From Guillardia theta CCMP2712 (taxonomy: Eukaryota; Protista; Cryptophyta), in assembly GCF_000315625.1 (NCBI RefSeq), contig NW_005434668.1, forward strand, positions 623,523-687,522: a stretch of 64,000 nucleotides of DNA, written 5' to 3'. The notes under the pieces were generated by a model, which was not told where the DNA came from, did not search any database, and saw nothing but the letters and a program-made list of their open reading frames with translations. A program made the position numbers and the translations under genes. Position 1 is the stretch's first letter; every line of letters starts with the position of its first letter. Below are positions 1 to 11,722 of the stretch, one piece after another.

Positions 1-418
1 ATGATGCTGCCATAGTCTTGGCAGCGACAGGGAGTTTCTTCGTGCTTTCATGGGAATCAAGCAGAGCGAGCATTCCCGCATTTGCAGCAGTGTCTCCGAA
101 GCGAGAGAGTGGGCCTTGAACCAGAGCTGGCAGATACCCACGATAGAAGCGAATGATTCCGCCAAGGCCTCCTCCTCCCTCATGGTAGAGATGTTTCATG
201 GCCTGCAAGGTGCTGGAACCATGGCGATACTGATAGTTCATCGTAGTACGCATCCACATGAGCGAAGTGACCTGAATAGCCATGGCGCCGGCACCTGCTA
301 TACCTCCTCCAAGCGCCTTGTTCGCTGCTCTCTTCAAAACGACACCCAGTGATTCGGCATCACTAGTCTGCGCTGCTTTGATTGCTTTGATGTGCTCCTG
401 AAGAGGAGTGCTCAGCAT
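1..418 (-). CDS. Mitochondrial carrier family protein (5' part; continues beyond window start)
   Basis: Manual minus-strand translation from ATG 418 stays open to base 1: MLSTPLQEHIKAIKAAQTSDAESLGVVLKRAANKALGGGIAGAGAMAIQVTSLMWMRTTMNYQYRHGSSTLQAMKHLYHEGGGGLGGIIRFYRGYLPALVQGPLSRFGDTAANAGMLALL. It has carrier-type GGGxAG and (E)GG..RFYRG motifs. Absent from the ORF track because there is no stop in the window. Confidence 0.8.
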   Translation of the reverse strand, partial: MLSTPLQEHIKAIKAAQTSDAESLGVVLKRAANKALGGGIAGAGAMAIQVTSLMWMRTTMNYQYRHGSSTLQAMKHLYHEGGGGLGGIIRFYRGYLPALVQGPLSRFGDTAANAGMLALLDSHESTKKLPVAAKTMAAS

Positions 419-1079
419 TTCTTCTTGGTTGATGCCTTTGGGGCTTGTTACTCGTTTCGGCTCGAGCAATAGTAACCTTAGGTAATACGAAACGTCAGGA
501 CACGCACACACGAAGCCTTGACTGATAATCAGGTGGAAAGCAATCAATAGGGTGATGGCAGTGAGACCATGTGGTTCGTTAGGGGAAGAAAAACAATTTG
601 AAAGTGAAAAATAATTGAAAGCAGCTTCCGGAAGGAAGCACTTGTAACTTGTGAATGCAGTGAGTCCACTGATAAAATGAGGGCATCGGAAAATATCGGA
701 AACAACAATGATAAGAGGCTAAGGAACAACAAGGTTAAGGGTGTTGAGGAAAGAAATAAACTTGTTATTCTACATTCTGAAGAACTAGATCCATCGAAAA
801 TTTCAGAATCAAGTGGATGACAATCTCACATCAGGAGCATAAATCAGGGAACATGCTTCCAATATCAGTCGGGCTATTGGCAAGAATAGCTAGGGTTAGG
901 ATGATCGGTAGACAGTATCGAGCTGAGAAGGTTTCGACAGCAGGGTAAAAGCTCTAACTCAACGATTTGATGTGTGTGACGGTCCGGTGAAACAGTCTGG
1001 AGCGACGTCTCTGCCCCTCGCCATAGTCGGTCGAAGGGAGCGCGGGGATGCATGGAAAGGAGTCCTGTACTACCCATCG

Positions 1080-2170
1080 TCTGTTGGTGGGGATATCTTG
1101 CAAGGGGGGTGGGGAAAATATTGGGTGGGTGGGGACACCCCCTCATGCTACTGCCCTCCGAGTAGCGATAATTGAGCCTCTAATGATAGAAGCGAATTCA
1201 AGGCTGTCCTCTTGAAGACAGATCTGTATCAAGGTCAAGGTGGACTATTTTCTAATTGAGACTCTAATTCAAATACTCAAGCTTCTCACTTCCTGCATAC
1301 TGACATTGTGTGATAAAGTAAGGGGGTGATGATTTCATCCATCTAGGTGGGGGTCCTTCCAAGGCAGTGGTCCCGTCAATCGGCATTCATTGCACTGGAA
1401 CATTCTGTCACTGGGGTGGGGTATAGCCCCACGTATATAGGGGTGGGTCGGTATTGGGGTGCTTGGAGAGGGTGGGGTCACTAAAACAAATGTTTTTAAG
1501 AGAAAATGACGGGGTAGTTTTATATTTATTAAGGGGTACAGATACCTCAAGTGTGGTCCTTGACAGTAGTTGCACAATACAGGAGGGAGGGTACTCAAAA
1601 GATGGGGTAGGGGTACAAAACTCAACATCGAGCATGGGGTCCTGTCAGCTTCAAGCGGTGGTAGGGCGTAATCAATGAACGATCGGATCCAAGAGGGGTA
1701 GGGACGAGCAAATTCTTGATTCACCCCTATTTTACAACTACAAAGTACCGGTACTATTCCATGATACACCGGTCATATTGAGGAATCGTCCCGAGTGGTT
1801 GGGGAAAGGGGTCCTGCTCAACGTTTCTCCCAGTACCCCAGGAACCCCTACTAAATTCATTTGGTCAGTACTGCACTACCCCTTCAATTTGATATTCTTG
1901 ATCACCCACCCATAAAAATCCACATGATTTCCGGTTCCTATTACCGGTACTCTTCCGATGTGTCGTTGCCCCCATTCCCCCCGGTTTTCAGGAAATGGAC
2001 TTGACCCTCATCCCCACTCATATCATTGCTACTTTACCCTCATCCAGCACACACAATGTAGAAGGGCACGGCAGGCACGGAGGGAGAAGGGTGGGTGAGG
2101 TCACGGGGCAAGGGTGGGGTACGTCGGTGAATTGCGACTATCGGCATGGCTGGAGGCAGGGGAGAGGGTG
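1080..2170. promoter_or_regulatory. GGGGT(A)/(T)ACCCC-rich intergenic tract
   Basis: Dense ggggt/gggta words on + (about 1080-1815), then tacccc/acccc words (about 1820-2045), then G-rich again. No credible ORF; lies between divergent gene starts. Regulatory role is inferred. Confidence 0.4.
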
Positions 2171-2174
2171 AGTG

Positions 2175-2763
2175 ATGCAATTGGCTGCTGAAGACCCAGA
2201 GGAAGAGATGAAAAGTGTGGGATCAAACTCCAACAGCTTCTTAGCTTCTTGCCTCTTCGTCGTCATCTTGTTGTTTCTCCTTTATTTTGAGTGGTTCCAG
2301 TGGATTCGATGGAGGCAGATGAAACACACTCTGCCACATGGAAAGAATTCGACGCGGCAAGCGAAGTAACGGTCAGAGAAAAGAGATCAAATGTACCAGA
2401 TAGAATGGCTGGGGTTGGCGTCATTGAGATCTGAATAAATGGTTGCGATTGCACGTTTCGAACGATGAACTTGCGATGGCTCGATCATCAAGTTCAGGGG
2501 GTATTTTGTTTTCAGGAAGAAGGGGTCGTTCATGATCATGAACCAGGTGGAACATCTTGGTCTTTTTTTTCTCGGATGAGAAGAAACACTTTGATCTAAT
2601 AAACTGTATCAATGATCTTGCATTTAGCCCTCACAGTTTTTTGGTAGTTCTCTGTAGGATAATGTACGAGCCTTCAGCTTTCCAGCAGTTCTACGATCAG
2701 ATTGCACATCCCATCAAGCTCGAAGTAGAGATTTTCAGTCTGAAGCCCTCTTGTCCAACGTGA
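2175..2763 (+). CDS. Possible spliced hypothetical protein with N-terminal membrane anchor
   Basis: ORF 2172-2369 has a hydrophobic stretch (FLASCLFVVILLFLLYF) and a possible GT donor near its end; ORF 2557-2763 looks protein-like. Splice model not resolved. Confidence 0.25.
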
Positions 2764-2995
2764 TTTACGAGAATGTTCATGTTGAGCATAGTCCTTGCTG
2801 AATTGCACACGGTCTGACCTGGCAAGGACCCAATTAGGTTCGAGCATTCGCTGCCTAGCAACCTCCCGCATCGTGTTTGGGCTCGAGGAGGATCACAAGA
2901 GACGAGGATACGCTCAGAGTAGATGCAGGCGCTCTTGGCAGGAGGAGGTGAAAAGGGTTGGAGGGGAGGCAGGGCCCAGGGAAATATTTCCCCGC

Positions 2996-3015
2996 GGGGG
3001 GGGGGGGGGGGGGGG
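2996..3015 (+). repeat. Poly-G homopolymer (G20)
   Basis: Directly visible, upstream of the RRM gene. Confidence 0.9.
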
Positions 3016-3179
3016 AGGTTGAAGGGACGGATAAAGGGAGGGGCGACAGAAGGGAGCCAAGAACCGCGCGCTGTGTCTGCACGGTGCGCAACATGTATCA
3101 TGGAAGATGAGTGCATCGAAGAAAGCAGGAGCTGAGTGACTGGAGCTTGACCCTCTCGAGATCCCAGCGATGTTTGGAC

Positions 3180-3843
3180 ATGATGGTAAGGAATAGCGCT
3201 TTCGTCGACTGTCGCGTGCGGTTGTTGAGCCTGCTGCTTTTTCCCGCCATCGCCAGCTGCAGTTCTCAACTAGATAGCTGGAGGGTCAGCAGCAGGGATC
3301 ATGTGAGGAATCTTGTGCCGCCGCATCATGTCTCATGCTTATCTGCAGCATGACAGAGGAAGTCAAGAATCCAGCGCAAGCATATTTGTGGTGAGTGCTG
3401 TATGAGCGAGAAGGTCACTCTGATCGATGGCTGCAGAAGAATCTTGATTCTGAACTCACGGAGAAAGACTTACTCTGTATCTTTGAGCAATTCGGTTCAG
3501 TGAAAAAGGTTTTGTGCTGGCTAGAATATTTTTTCAAACTCATCTCGAGTACAGATATCAATCCCGCAAGATCGCTCTCGCGTAGAGAATCGAAGATTTG
3601 CTATAATCGAGGTAAACATGTCAGTCACGTACTTGCCTGCCTCTAATCCATCTTGAGAAGTTTGTTGACCCCCGGAGTGCCTTGTTAGCAAGAGACAACA
3701 TGCAGGGGTGAGGCTTTGTTTACACTGTCACACGCTCCTTGATCGCTCACAACTCTTAATGTCGAAGGGTGAAGATTGGCCGTAATGTCCTTCGTGTGGA
3801 ACAACAATACCGACGACCACCCTTGCGAGCTCGGAGGTTCTGA
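3180..3843 (+). CDS. Single-RRM RNA-binding protein, RBMX2/Snu17(Ist3)-like, with signal-peptide-like N-terminus
   Basis: Spliced model (GT-AG introns starting 3303, 3391, 3509, about 3613, about 3708): ...SSASIFVKNLDSELTEKDLLCIFEQFGSVKKISIPQDRSRVENRRFAIIEFVDPRSALLARDNMQGVKIGRNVLRVEQQYRRPPLRARRF*. RNP2 and RNP1 spacing fits an RRM; TEKDLL..FEQFG and RSALLARDN resemble RBMX2. Confidence 0.75.
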
Positions 3844-3999
3844 GTGCCGGGCTTGAGCCTGAGAGAGCAGCCGCGCCGGGCGGCTGCAGTATTGGTTGTA
3901 CCTCGCGAGATTTTCTGATTGACAACGAACTCTTCGACTCACATCCAAGAACTGCTGCTGAGTCAAGTTGCTTTCTCTGAACCGGTGAACGTACACTGA

Positions 4000-4760
4000 C
4001 TCTTAAAAGTCCAGTGGCTGCATGGCCGCCGCAGTTGAAAAAGTACGCCGGATACTACCAGTACCGTCTCGGATGCCCAAGTTGACTTGTCATGATGAGT
4101 GAAACTAAGTTGAAAGGGATCATCTGACCGTATTATTCTGAAGGCTAAGCGGCTGCACTGTGAACTCAATGATGATGATCGGGTGACCCTCACCCCGGCC
4201 GGACGGTTTCGAGAGTCTGCAGCGGCCTCCTGTTTACCGTGCGGCAGTCACAGGCTAACGGTTCAACGGTTGGTGACCGTGACGGTTCACCCGACGGTGA
4301 CTGAGCCAGTCGGAGCGCCCGGCCCGGCGGGGCTACCCTGACCCGGCACACCGTCACCTCGGACCGTGCCGGGGCCCTTGAACTCCAGTCACCGGGGACG
4401 GCCGCCCGGCGTCTGCCGCCGGGCACCGTGGCACTGTGACTACTAGGCTCGGAGCCGGGAGCCCGGCCCGGCTTCATCTCAGTTAGTGCCGGGCCGCCAC
4501 CTCCAGTGTTGGCCGCCGAAAGGGCCCGGCGGGCCAACCGCCGGGCGGTCCGATCCGGCCGGGCCGCCCGGCTGCGGCCTGCCACCGGGCCCCCGGGCCC
4601 GGGGAGTCACCGCCGGCCGGGCCGCCGTTGCGAGTGCCACCGTCCGGCGTGTCGGACTGGCCGTGGCGTCACGGTGGCACGCGGCGGCCGGCGGCGGCCC
4701 GGTCGGACGGACCGTACTGGGCCCGGGGTTGAGCCTGTACAGTCCCGGATATAGCTCCTA
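4000..4760. other. GC-rich CCGG/GGCC and pentamer-palindrome tract 1
   Basis: Very GC-rich core 4190-4730 packed with ccgg, ggcc, cccggg, acggt/accgt, gtgac/gtcac, cagtg/cactg and gagtc. Overlapping ORFs are only R/P/G/A low-complexity. Confidence 0.7.
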
Positions 4761-4799
4761 GTACATAAGGATAAATACATGCCTAGGACCACAATAAGA

Positions 4800-4920
4800 C
4801 CTTATGGAGTACCTCACCCTTCATCCTATTCTGTCGGGCACCCCTACCCTTCGTTTCCGTCCTAATCGGACCTGAAGTACCCCTAGTCTTCTCCTTGAGT
4901 ACCCCACCCTGGGTATTGTC
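4800..4920. promoter_or_regulatory. TACCCC-rich tract
   Basis: gtacctcaccc, cacccctaccc, gtacccc and gtaccccaccc immediately right of the CCGG tract. Confidence 0.4.
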
Positions 4921-5466
4921 ATTTGGCCCCTCCGGAAATAGAACAGCAGAACCACGGCCGGCTTTCATGCCGCTGGCAGTCAAGATTCGCGAGGAAGAGG
5001 AGATGAATGATCATGCGATAGAGTTCAGCGTGCTGAGAAGAGGGCGATCGGCAAGAAGAAAGAAGTGATAGCAAACTGGTTGTCCTCGTACTGATAGCTA
5101 ACTGCATTGAGAATTGCCTTTGGTTTCGAACAACCTTACTGAGGTTAAGTTTACTGGTAGGATTGTCGTGTTCGCACATAGATGCAGTTTAACTTCGTAC
5201 TTGATTTGTCCTGGTTTGTATACAATAGGATACGCTGTGGTAGGAAAAAATCCAGCATCTTTCATCATTGTCCGAAGCTTCAAGGGCATTGCCTCGGCTG
5301 AGTAAACATATGGTGTAGTGAGCGTGGTTTCGACTGATATTTATATCATCATCATCCTTTCATGTTGCTTAAGTGCATTCGAAGAACAGCAAAAACCATC
5401 GCAGAACCATCTTCCAGTCAAGCTGTTGCTCAGATTCTCATGTGATCTAACGCTCTTCTCGTCAGC

Positions 5467-6028
5467 ATGTACACGGATCTTGTATCTCCTGTTCCTAGGG
5501 AGCGTCGTGAATCCAGCAATCGCCAGGTGGACTTTGACAATGCAGTTGGTTATAAGGCCATCAGCTGCTCATGCCCCATCCTTGCAGGTTATCGCTGGCC
5601 TTGCCATTGTCGCACTGGGTCTGTGCGCAGTCCTCTTCGCAGTCGGAGAGCAGTCCACTGAGGACGACTCTGTTCGCAACCTCCTGCAGGCAACCAAGTC
5701 GCGAATGCCTGATATCTCCAAGATGTCTGCTAGACAGCAGGCCCTGTACGACTCCGGAATGGAGGATGAGGCCGGCAAGCAGATGAACATCGCTTATCAG
5801 ACCTTCATGAAGGCTAAGGATAGCAACGTCGTTGGGGAATATGATTTGTTGAACTCAACCTTGACCGAGGAGCAGAACGCTTTGGTCAACTACGCTGACG
5901 AGATGAAGGTACCTTCCGCCATTTGAGAGCGCCTCGTGATGAGATCTTTGCAGGCAATTGAACTCGAGGTTGCGAATGAGGCCAAGGAGCACAAGAATCA
6001 GTATTCACCCAAGCTTCCTAGCGAGTAA
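5467..6028 (+). CDS. Hypothetical type II membrane protein
   Basis: Three exons (introns 5527-5588 and 5909-5953): MYTDLVSPVPRERRESSNRQ|VIAGLAIVALGLCAVLFAV...YADEMK|AIELEVANEAKEHKNQYSPKLPSE*. One N-proximal TM segment and a helical ectodomain. Confidence 0.75.
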
Positions 6029-6445
6029 ACAACGATAGCAAGATCCAGCGGACGGTGGAGGTCATTGATTGTCTGTTTGAGTTGATCTTCCCAAGTCTCA
6101 ATCTTGTTGTGTATTCGATTCTCGTTTAAGTTCTTCAATTCCCTTTTTTATACAAACAAAAAGATCTCAAAAAACTTCGTTGCTTGTCTCCGATTTAAGA
6201 CTTGCTAAGGATGGACCAATCGCCCCTCCTCCTGGCATGCATCGATGGAATGAAAACATCATTGAGATAGCCTTCAAATCGTGCGGAATTAAATTCATGT
6301 CTATCACAAATATGTGGATTGGTTCTATAGTTTCATAAACATTTGTTGAACTTCATTGCTAAATTGTACAAAGGGAGACCGAATCATTAGTGACAAAACT
6401 CATCCTGCTGGAATTGTCAGACTTCGACCATCTACAGTCTGTGAG

Positions 6446-7298
6446 CTAGTAATGCGCATTTTCTGAAAAACAAAAAATCAGTCTGTAATCACCTTCTTGC
6501 AACCAGACGATACTTACTGAATAGCTCTGCAATGCACTTTTGAATGTTTACCCACGATGAAAACTTCGAGTCGCAGAAGTCCTGTCGATAGCGGGAGCAC
6601 AGCAAGTCAGCGGAAGGATCTGAAAGAGTCCCTTCGATTCTACCATCACTTGTCGACGCTCGAGTTTGACTCGCTGATAATCTTCAAGCTCGCTGTCAAG
6701 CCCCTCCTTAGCTGAAACTGGCCCTGGTGATGCGAAACTCGTGAGCATTGAGTCAGTTCGGGCGCGTGAACATACCGGCTGATATCGTCACTCCACCCGT
6801 CTCACCCATGGCTTGTAGTTTCTGTAGCTCTACAAGCCGTGCACTGTTCCCTTGAGCAGAGACTACGTCCTGTGAGATTTCACAAAGATGTCGACAAGAC
6901 AACAGGCCAGGAAAAGTTGTTGAGCAAAATCACAGACTTCAAATAGCACAAGACCCCAACCGTCCTCGGATGACACTAAGAGGGATCAGAATGGATCGCA
7001 ACTTATTGCTGCCTTAGAAATACCAGAAACAGATGCCAGTGCAAAACATGAAGCCACACAGAGGAGCAAACTCTCGCGTTACCTTGTTCGAATGGCTGAC
7101 AAGGACGACGACCAGCACAGCGGCCATCAATGCAGCCATCGCGACAGTGAAAACTCTGAGGGAAGAGGACGAGACTGACTTGCGCTCGAGTGGAGCCCTG
7201 CATCATCTGATGTCACTTGCAACGAACTGCCGTGTCCTTCTCCCTCCCCCTCCCCCTCCTTCTCACATGGGCCGCACAAACGCCATTCCCGCCTGCAT
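6446..7298 (-). CDS. Hypothetical type II membrane protein
   Basis: Multi-exon model: MQAGMAFVRPM|APLERKSVSSSLRVFTVAMAALMAAVLVVVLVSHSNK|...DVVSAQGNSARLVELQKLQAMGETGGVTISA|GPVSAKEGLDSELEDYQRVKLERRQVM|DFCDSKFSSWVNIQKCIAELF|KNAHY*. GT-AG junctions keep frame; the middle exon structure is uncertain. Confidence 0.65.
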
Positions 7299-7584
7299 CG
7301 CTGCCCCCGAAATAGTGAAGTCTCAGGGTCCTCATCCCCCTGCCAACCCCATGAACCCTCGGGGTCACTCGAGTCAACCGCCCAGGTAGGGTGATCTCAA
7401 ATGGTACTCCTACCCCACCCCTCGTGGTAGAAATTATCTCCACCCCACCCGTCGTATTGTCACACCTGACTGCTAAAGTGCATAGAGCACCCACTACTGC
7501 TGGTGCTGCAGGGGAATAGTACCACCCCTACCCCTCACAAGCATCTTCCGGTCTCCGAGCTTTTGATCGGCTCACAGCGGCGCA

Positions 7585-8208
7585 ATGCTGAACTTGACGT
7601 GCTGCGGTCTGCGGAAGAGCGAGAAAGATCAACGAGGCATCCTGCGGTCCTCCTCTCACTCCTCTGCTACTGCATCCTACTCACACTCGCACGCTGAGCC
7701 TCAGAAACGCGGTGTTGCCTATGGGCAAGTCGAACGGGTGAAGCTCGGTGCATCGCACTCAGGCCATGGCGAAGTGAAGAACCAGCTTGGAGCGGCTGAA
7801 TCGATCCAAGGATTACAGGTCAACGAGAAGACAGAACAGAGAGTGGTAGTGGGCGCTGAGGACCTAGGGCTTGTGCTGGGCGTCGGTTCCAAAGGAGTAG
7901 TAGTCCAGTCGGTGGTGAAGGGATCTCCGTGTTTCATGTACGTATTGAGAAGTATACCTTCAACTTGATTTGTTCCCTACTATTCTTGAAATCCTTCGAC
8001 GATCTTGACGAGCTTCTGCAGCGATGGTAGGATCAAGGAAGGGGATATCATCCTATCGATCGACAACGAAGACGTGCAGGATTTTAACCATGCGGTTCAA
8101 CTGTTGGAAGGCGAAAAGGGAACATGCGTCGGTATCAAGACTGAGAGACATGTTGCGCGAAGCTTCGATCCATTCATACGGAAGCAATTCATCACTCTCT
8201 TCCGATGA
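7585..8208 (+). CDS. PDZ-domain protein
   Basis: ORFs 7585-7968 and 8005-8208 join through a GT-AG intron (7938-8020): DLGLVLGVGSKGVVVQSVVKGSPCFI|DGRIKEGDIILSIDNEDVQDFNHAVQLLEGEKGTCVGIKTER, a PDZ signature. N-terminal MLNLTCCG may be palmitoylated. Confidence 0.85.
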
Positions 8209-8605
8209 TGTCAGACATGAAGAAATACGCCCAGCCATCATTGGCGAACTGATTGTGCTGAGTGAGCTTTGATTTTTTCCACATGAGTTTTCATATTAAT
8301 AAAAATTTTGGCTGAACCTCTTGCGTATATGTGTGGAACTAATCTTTGTCGAAATATTGCAAGGCAAGTCTTGCATGAATTAGGTGAACAAAGTATTGCA
8401 CGATGACGTACTCTTGTTTTTCCTGACATCTCGATCGTGATATGGTTGCAACCCTCGTACAGGAGATTCAGAATTGTTTCAGAGCGCAGATTGTATACAC
8501 CGTACAAACTAGTCTAAATAGAAAATCAACACGTGACCGGAATCTAGAAACTTCGAAGTTGTAATCTTCGGATAAAAATCATAGAATCTGTTGACAATTT
8601 TCTTG

Positions 8606-9785
8606 TCATCTTGTTTTCCTGACGGCTGCAAGGCAGGTCTCTTCCATTTTCTTCATTTGATTCGCACATGCATCATCCCATGCGTATGCTCTCGGAGTCA
8701 AGCCTCCACGATCTTTGGCCTGAAGACATATGGTGAATTTCGCAGTGTAATTAAGTCAACATAATCATTAGTTACCAAGAAGAGGTGTGGCGCCTTGACA
8801 CATAGGTACTCAAGAATATCAAGCTTGTCACCCTTTGCCTGAAATTAATGCATAAAAATACTGAAGAAAACTTCTTCTCCGCGTCCAACAAAATATCTCA
8901 CCGCCCAGTGCACTGCATTACACCCGTTCTTGTCCACCGCATCAACCAACCCAGAACCCACGGTTTCAATCCTGCAAAGTTGTGGTAATCAGAAAAGGAG
9001 CTGTTGCTAAACTCGTCTCACAGAAACTCAACAACTTGATATCTTCCACCGCTCGCCGCATAATGCAATAGGGTGGCATTGATATAGTCTTTTGCCATCA
9101 AAAGATTGGGTCTCTTGGCGTGCAAAGCTTCAATGATGTTTTCATGTCCATTGCTTGCAGCAATATGAGCGGGAGTACGGCCATCATTGTCGGGACTTCG
9201 GATGAGATCTGGCATTTTTGCAGCAAGAAACAGGAAAACTGATAAATGGCCATTCGTTGCTGCAAAATGTGCTGCATTGCAACCATCTTTGTCCACCACT
9301 TCGAAGATAGCAGGATCTTTCTGAAAGATCCAACTTAAAATCTTTTTCTCACCATGAAGAGCAGCCCAGTGCACGGCTGTTCTGCCGCCATGATTCTTTG
9401 TTGTTATTGTCTCTGAATCTACGTCATACAGATATTCCAGGATATCCTCGTGTCCATATCTGGCAGCGTAATGAAATGCAGTGGATCCCCCGCTATCAGC
9501 AAGCTTTGTGCAGCGAAGGTCATTCTCGACACAGCACTGGACCAATTGCAACTGGATCAACAAACCCATCAGTACATAACTAAAGAGAACAAAGGAACTA
9601 ACATTTCCACTCTTGGTAGCATCGAAGATGATCTCCATTCCACAGTGCTCATCTTTGAGCTGTTTCTTGACGACCTGCTTCTCCATCTCATGGGCAGCTT
9701 CTTTAGCAGAATCTGCAGCTTTCTGAGCTTCTACCGCTCGCTGTTCTGCCTTTTTTTGTAACATCGTCCGTAGCTTGGGATCCAT
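8606..9785 (-). CDS. Ankyrin-repeat protein
   Basis: Repeated G.TA.H.AA..GH motifs (GSTAFHYAARYGH, GRTAVHWAALHGE, GCNAAHFAATNGH, GRTPAHIAASNGH). Further small exons run to a TGA at 8606-8608. Confidence 0.9.
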
Positions 9786-10366
9786 CGCGACAACGATTTT
9801 TAAATAGTGTTCTCGAACGAGCAGATCTCAGAAGAAAAGATCAAGAATAAACTATGCTTCTTCGGAACTGAAGGTAGATCTAGCAGTAACAGCTAATCCT
9901 GTTGGCAGAACAAATGAAGACACCGAGCCAAGATCCAGGAAGTTTGTTCTTGAGGGAATGGTTCTCGAGAGAATGAGTGGAAGAGCTATAGCAGAGCCTG
10001 AAGAGGATATGTAGGAATGGGGGTGGGAGCGATGGGGATGAAGGGGGTACAATGTGGTATATCCAGCGATTCAAGCCGTCGAGCGCAGTAGACCAGTGAG
10101 CAGGGCGAAGAGAGAGGGGTTGCGAAGGAGGAGGTGGTAGGGTCCGGTGGTGTCAGCAGGCTGCGGCCGGGGCCGCAAGACTAAGAGGGGTGGAGTGAGA
10201 GAGGGGTCAACATGTGCCAGGGAAAAGAGGCCCCCGTCAGGAGGGGTCCACAGAGGAGTATGAAAATTGAACGGTCTTCATTGAAGACAAGAGGGTGGGT
10301 GGTAACGAAAGGCGGAGAGCAAAAAAAAAAGGTAGACTGTACTAAACTGTACTGTGTAGGGGGGGT

Positions 10367-10466
10367 NNNNNNNNNNNNNNNNNNNNNNNNNNNNNNNNNN
10401 NNNNNNNNNNNNNNNNNNNNNNNNNNNNNNNNNNNNNNNNNNNNNNNNNNNNNNNNNNNNNNNNNN
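10367..10466. other. Assembly gap (100 N)
   Basis: Run of exactly 100 N, next to G/C homopolymers (C19 at 10507-10525). Confidence 0.99.
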
Positions 10467-10779
10467 CAGTATTACAAATGCCTTTCCTTCGAATGACGGT
10501 CAGTGTCCCCCCCCCCCCCCCCCCCATGTCCAGCACTCCCCTCTCCCATCTCCTAACCAACTGGAGGTGGGGGGGGGGGGGTACTGGAGGTAGGTCCGGC
10601 TGAAAGGAAGGTGAAAGGAAGGATGACGGAGTCCGAGCTGATGAAGGGGGTGGGGTCCGTGTCTTTTCTGTTAAGTGTACGTGGGGGGTACCGGTACCTA
10701 GCGATATAGTAGGGCCAGGAATCATGAAAAGCATTCTTTTCGCCTCTTGATGATTTAGTCCTGTCTTATCACAACGGAT

Positions 10780-11560
10780 CATCCTCATTGTGAACCTGGC
10801 AGGGCCGCCGCACAGGCCGGGCCCCGGGGCGGGCGGCGGGCCCGGCACTGTGACGGTGGCAGGCCAGGGGCTCAGCGGCTCCGACGGCAGTGGCTGAGAA
10901 CGGCCGGGTGAGTCGGACCCGACCGTGACTAGCAAGCCCGCCGGTTCCCTTCGGCGAGAACTTGATTTGCCGAAGTTGGCACTCGAATTGCCGGCGGGGC
11001 CGTCACTGTCATCATGGCCTCGGATCAGTCGCCGCCGACAGATTATGGCCCGGGTCGGGGACTCGGCAGTGCCCGGCGGGCCGGGCCCGGGGCCGGCCGA
11101 ACCGTGACGGTGCCAACCGTTGGCTTGACCTTCAAGAGTCACGAGTCAGTTGGAAAGGACTCCTCAACGGCAGCGCTGGATTTACCGTGCCCCGGGCCCG
11201 GCAAAGTTAAGAGAGAGTCAAAAATCAGTACGACTCGGGCCGTGGGCACCGTCCGGTTCAGTGCGGCCTGATCCCAGAGCCTTCCGAGCCTAGTACTGCG
11301 CACTGCAGCAGTCACTCAGTGCCATGACTGCTATGATGCCATTCATGTGCGTGCGACCGTGATCGGACAGCCTGGCAGCCTGCCCTGTGCCCCCCGGCGT
11401 CACCGCCGCCGACGCGGCCCCCGGTGACGGTGCACTCCGGCCGGGGTCACTCTTGTCCTGAGGCACGGTTGTCCTTCCGAGTTATTAGTTGCAACTTTTA
11501 GTTGTCCTCGTACCGTTATGACTTGTTGAAACTCGGATGTAACGGTCCTGTTCCAGTTGG
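10780..11560. other. GC-rich CCGG/pentamer-palindrome tract 2
   Basis: Same word set as tract 1 (ccgggcccgg, cactgtgacggt, gagtcacgagtcag, cagtcactcagtg). Flanked by GGGGT(A) words (10560-10700) and TACCCC words (11590-11700). Confidence 0.7.
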
Positions 11561-11722
11561 TGTCTCTTCGCGCGGATGCCTCTTCCCAAAACCACCACCC
11601 CTGGATCCTCACGGTATCACCCCTAGCCTTTCAATACCCCCACTTCATCCGGACTTACCATCACTTACTAGGGTAGGGTAGCACTCAGGTACCCCACCTG
11701 CTTCCATCGCTCTCAGGCTTCT

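Noticed and set aside
480-1330. Possible decayed gene or transposon in the long intergenic region (also 9850-10360 and 25200-25560)
   Set aside because: No recognisable motif in the frames I translated; left unannotated.
4190-4792. R/P/G/A-rich ORFs in CCGG tracts (also 10342-11271 and 46495-46783)
   Set aside because: Open only because GC-rich DNA lacks stop codons; one of them spans the N gap.
11669-11680. Telomere-like TAGGGTAGGGTA
   Set aside because: Only two units, and part of the general GGGTA-rich upstream tracts.
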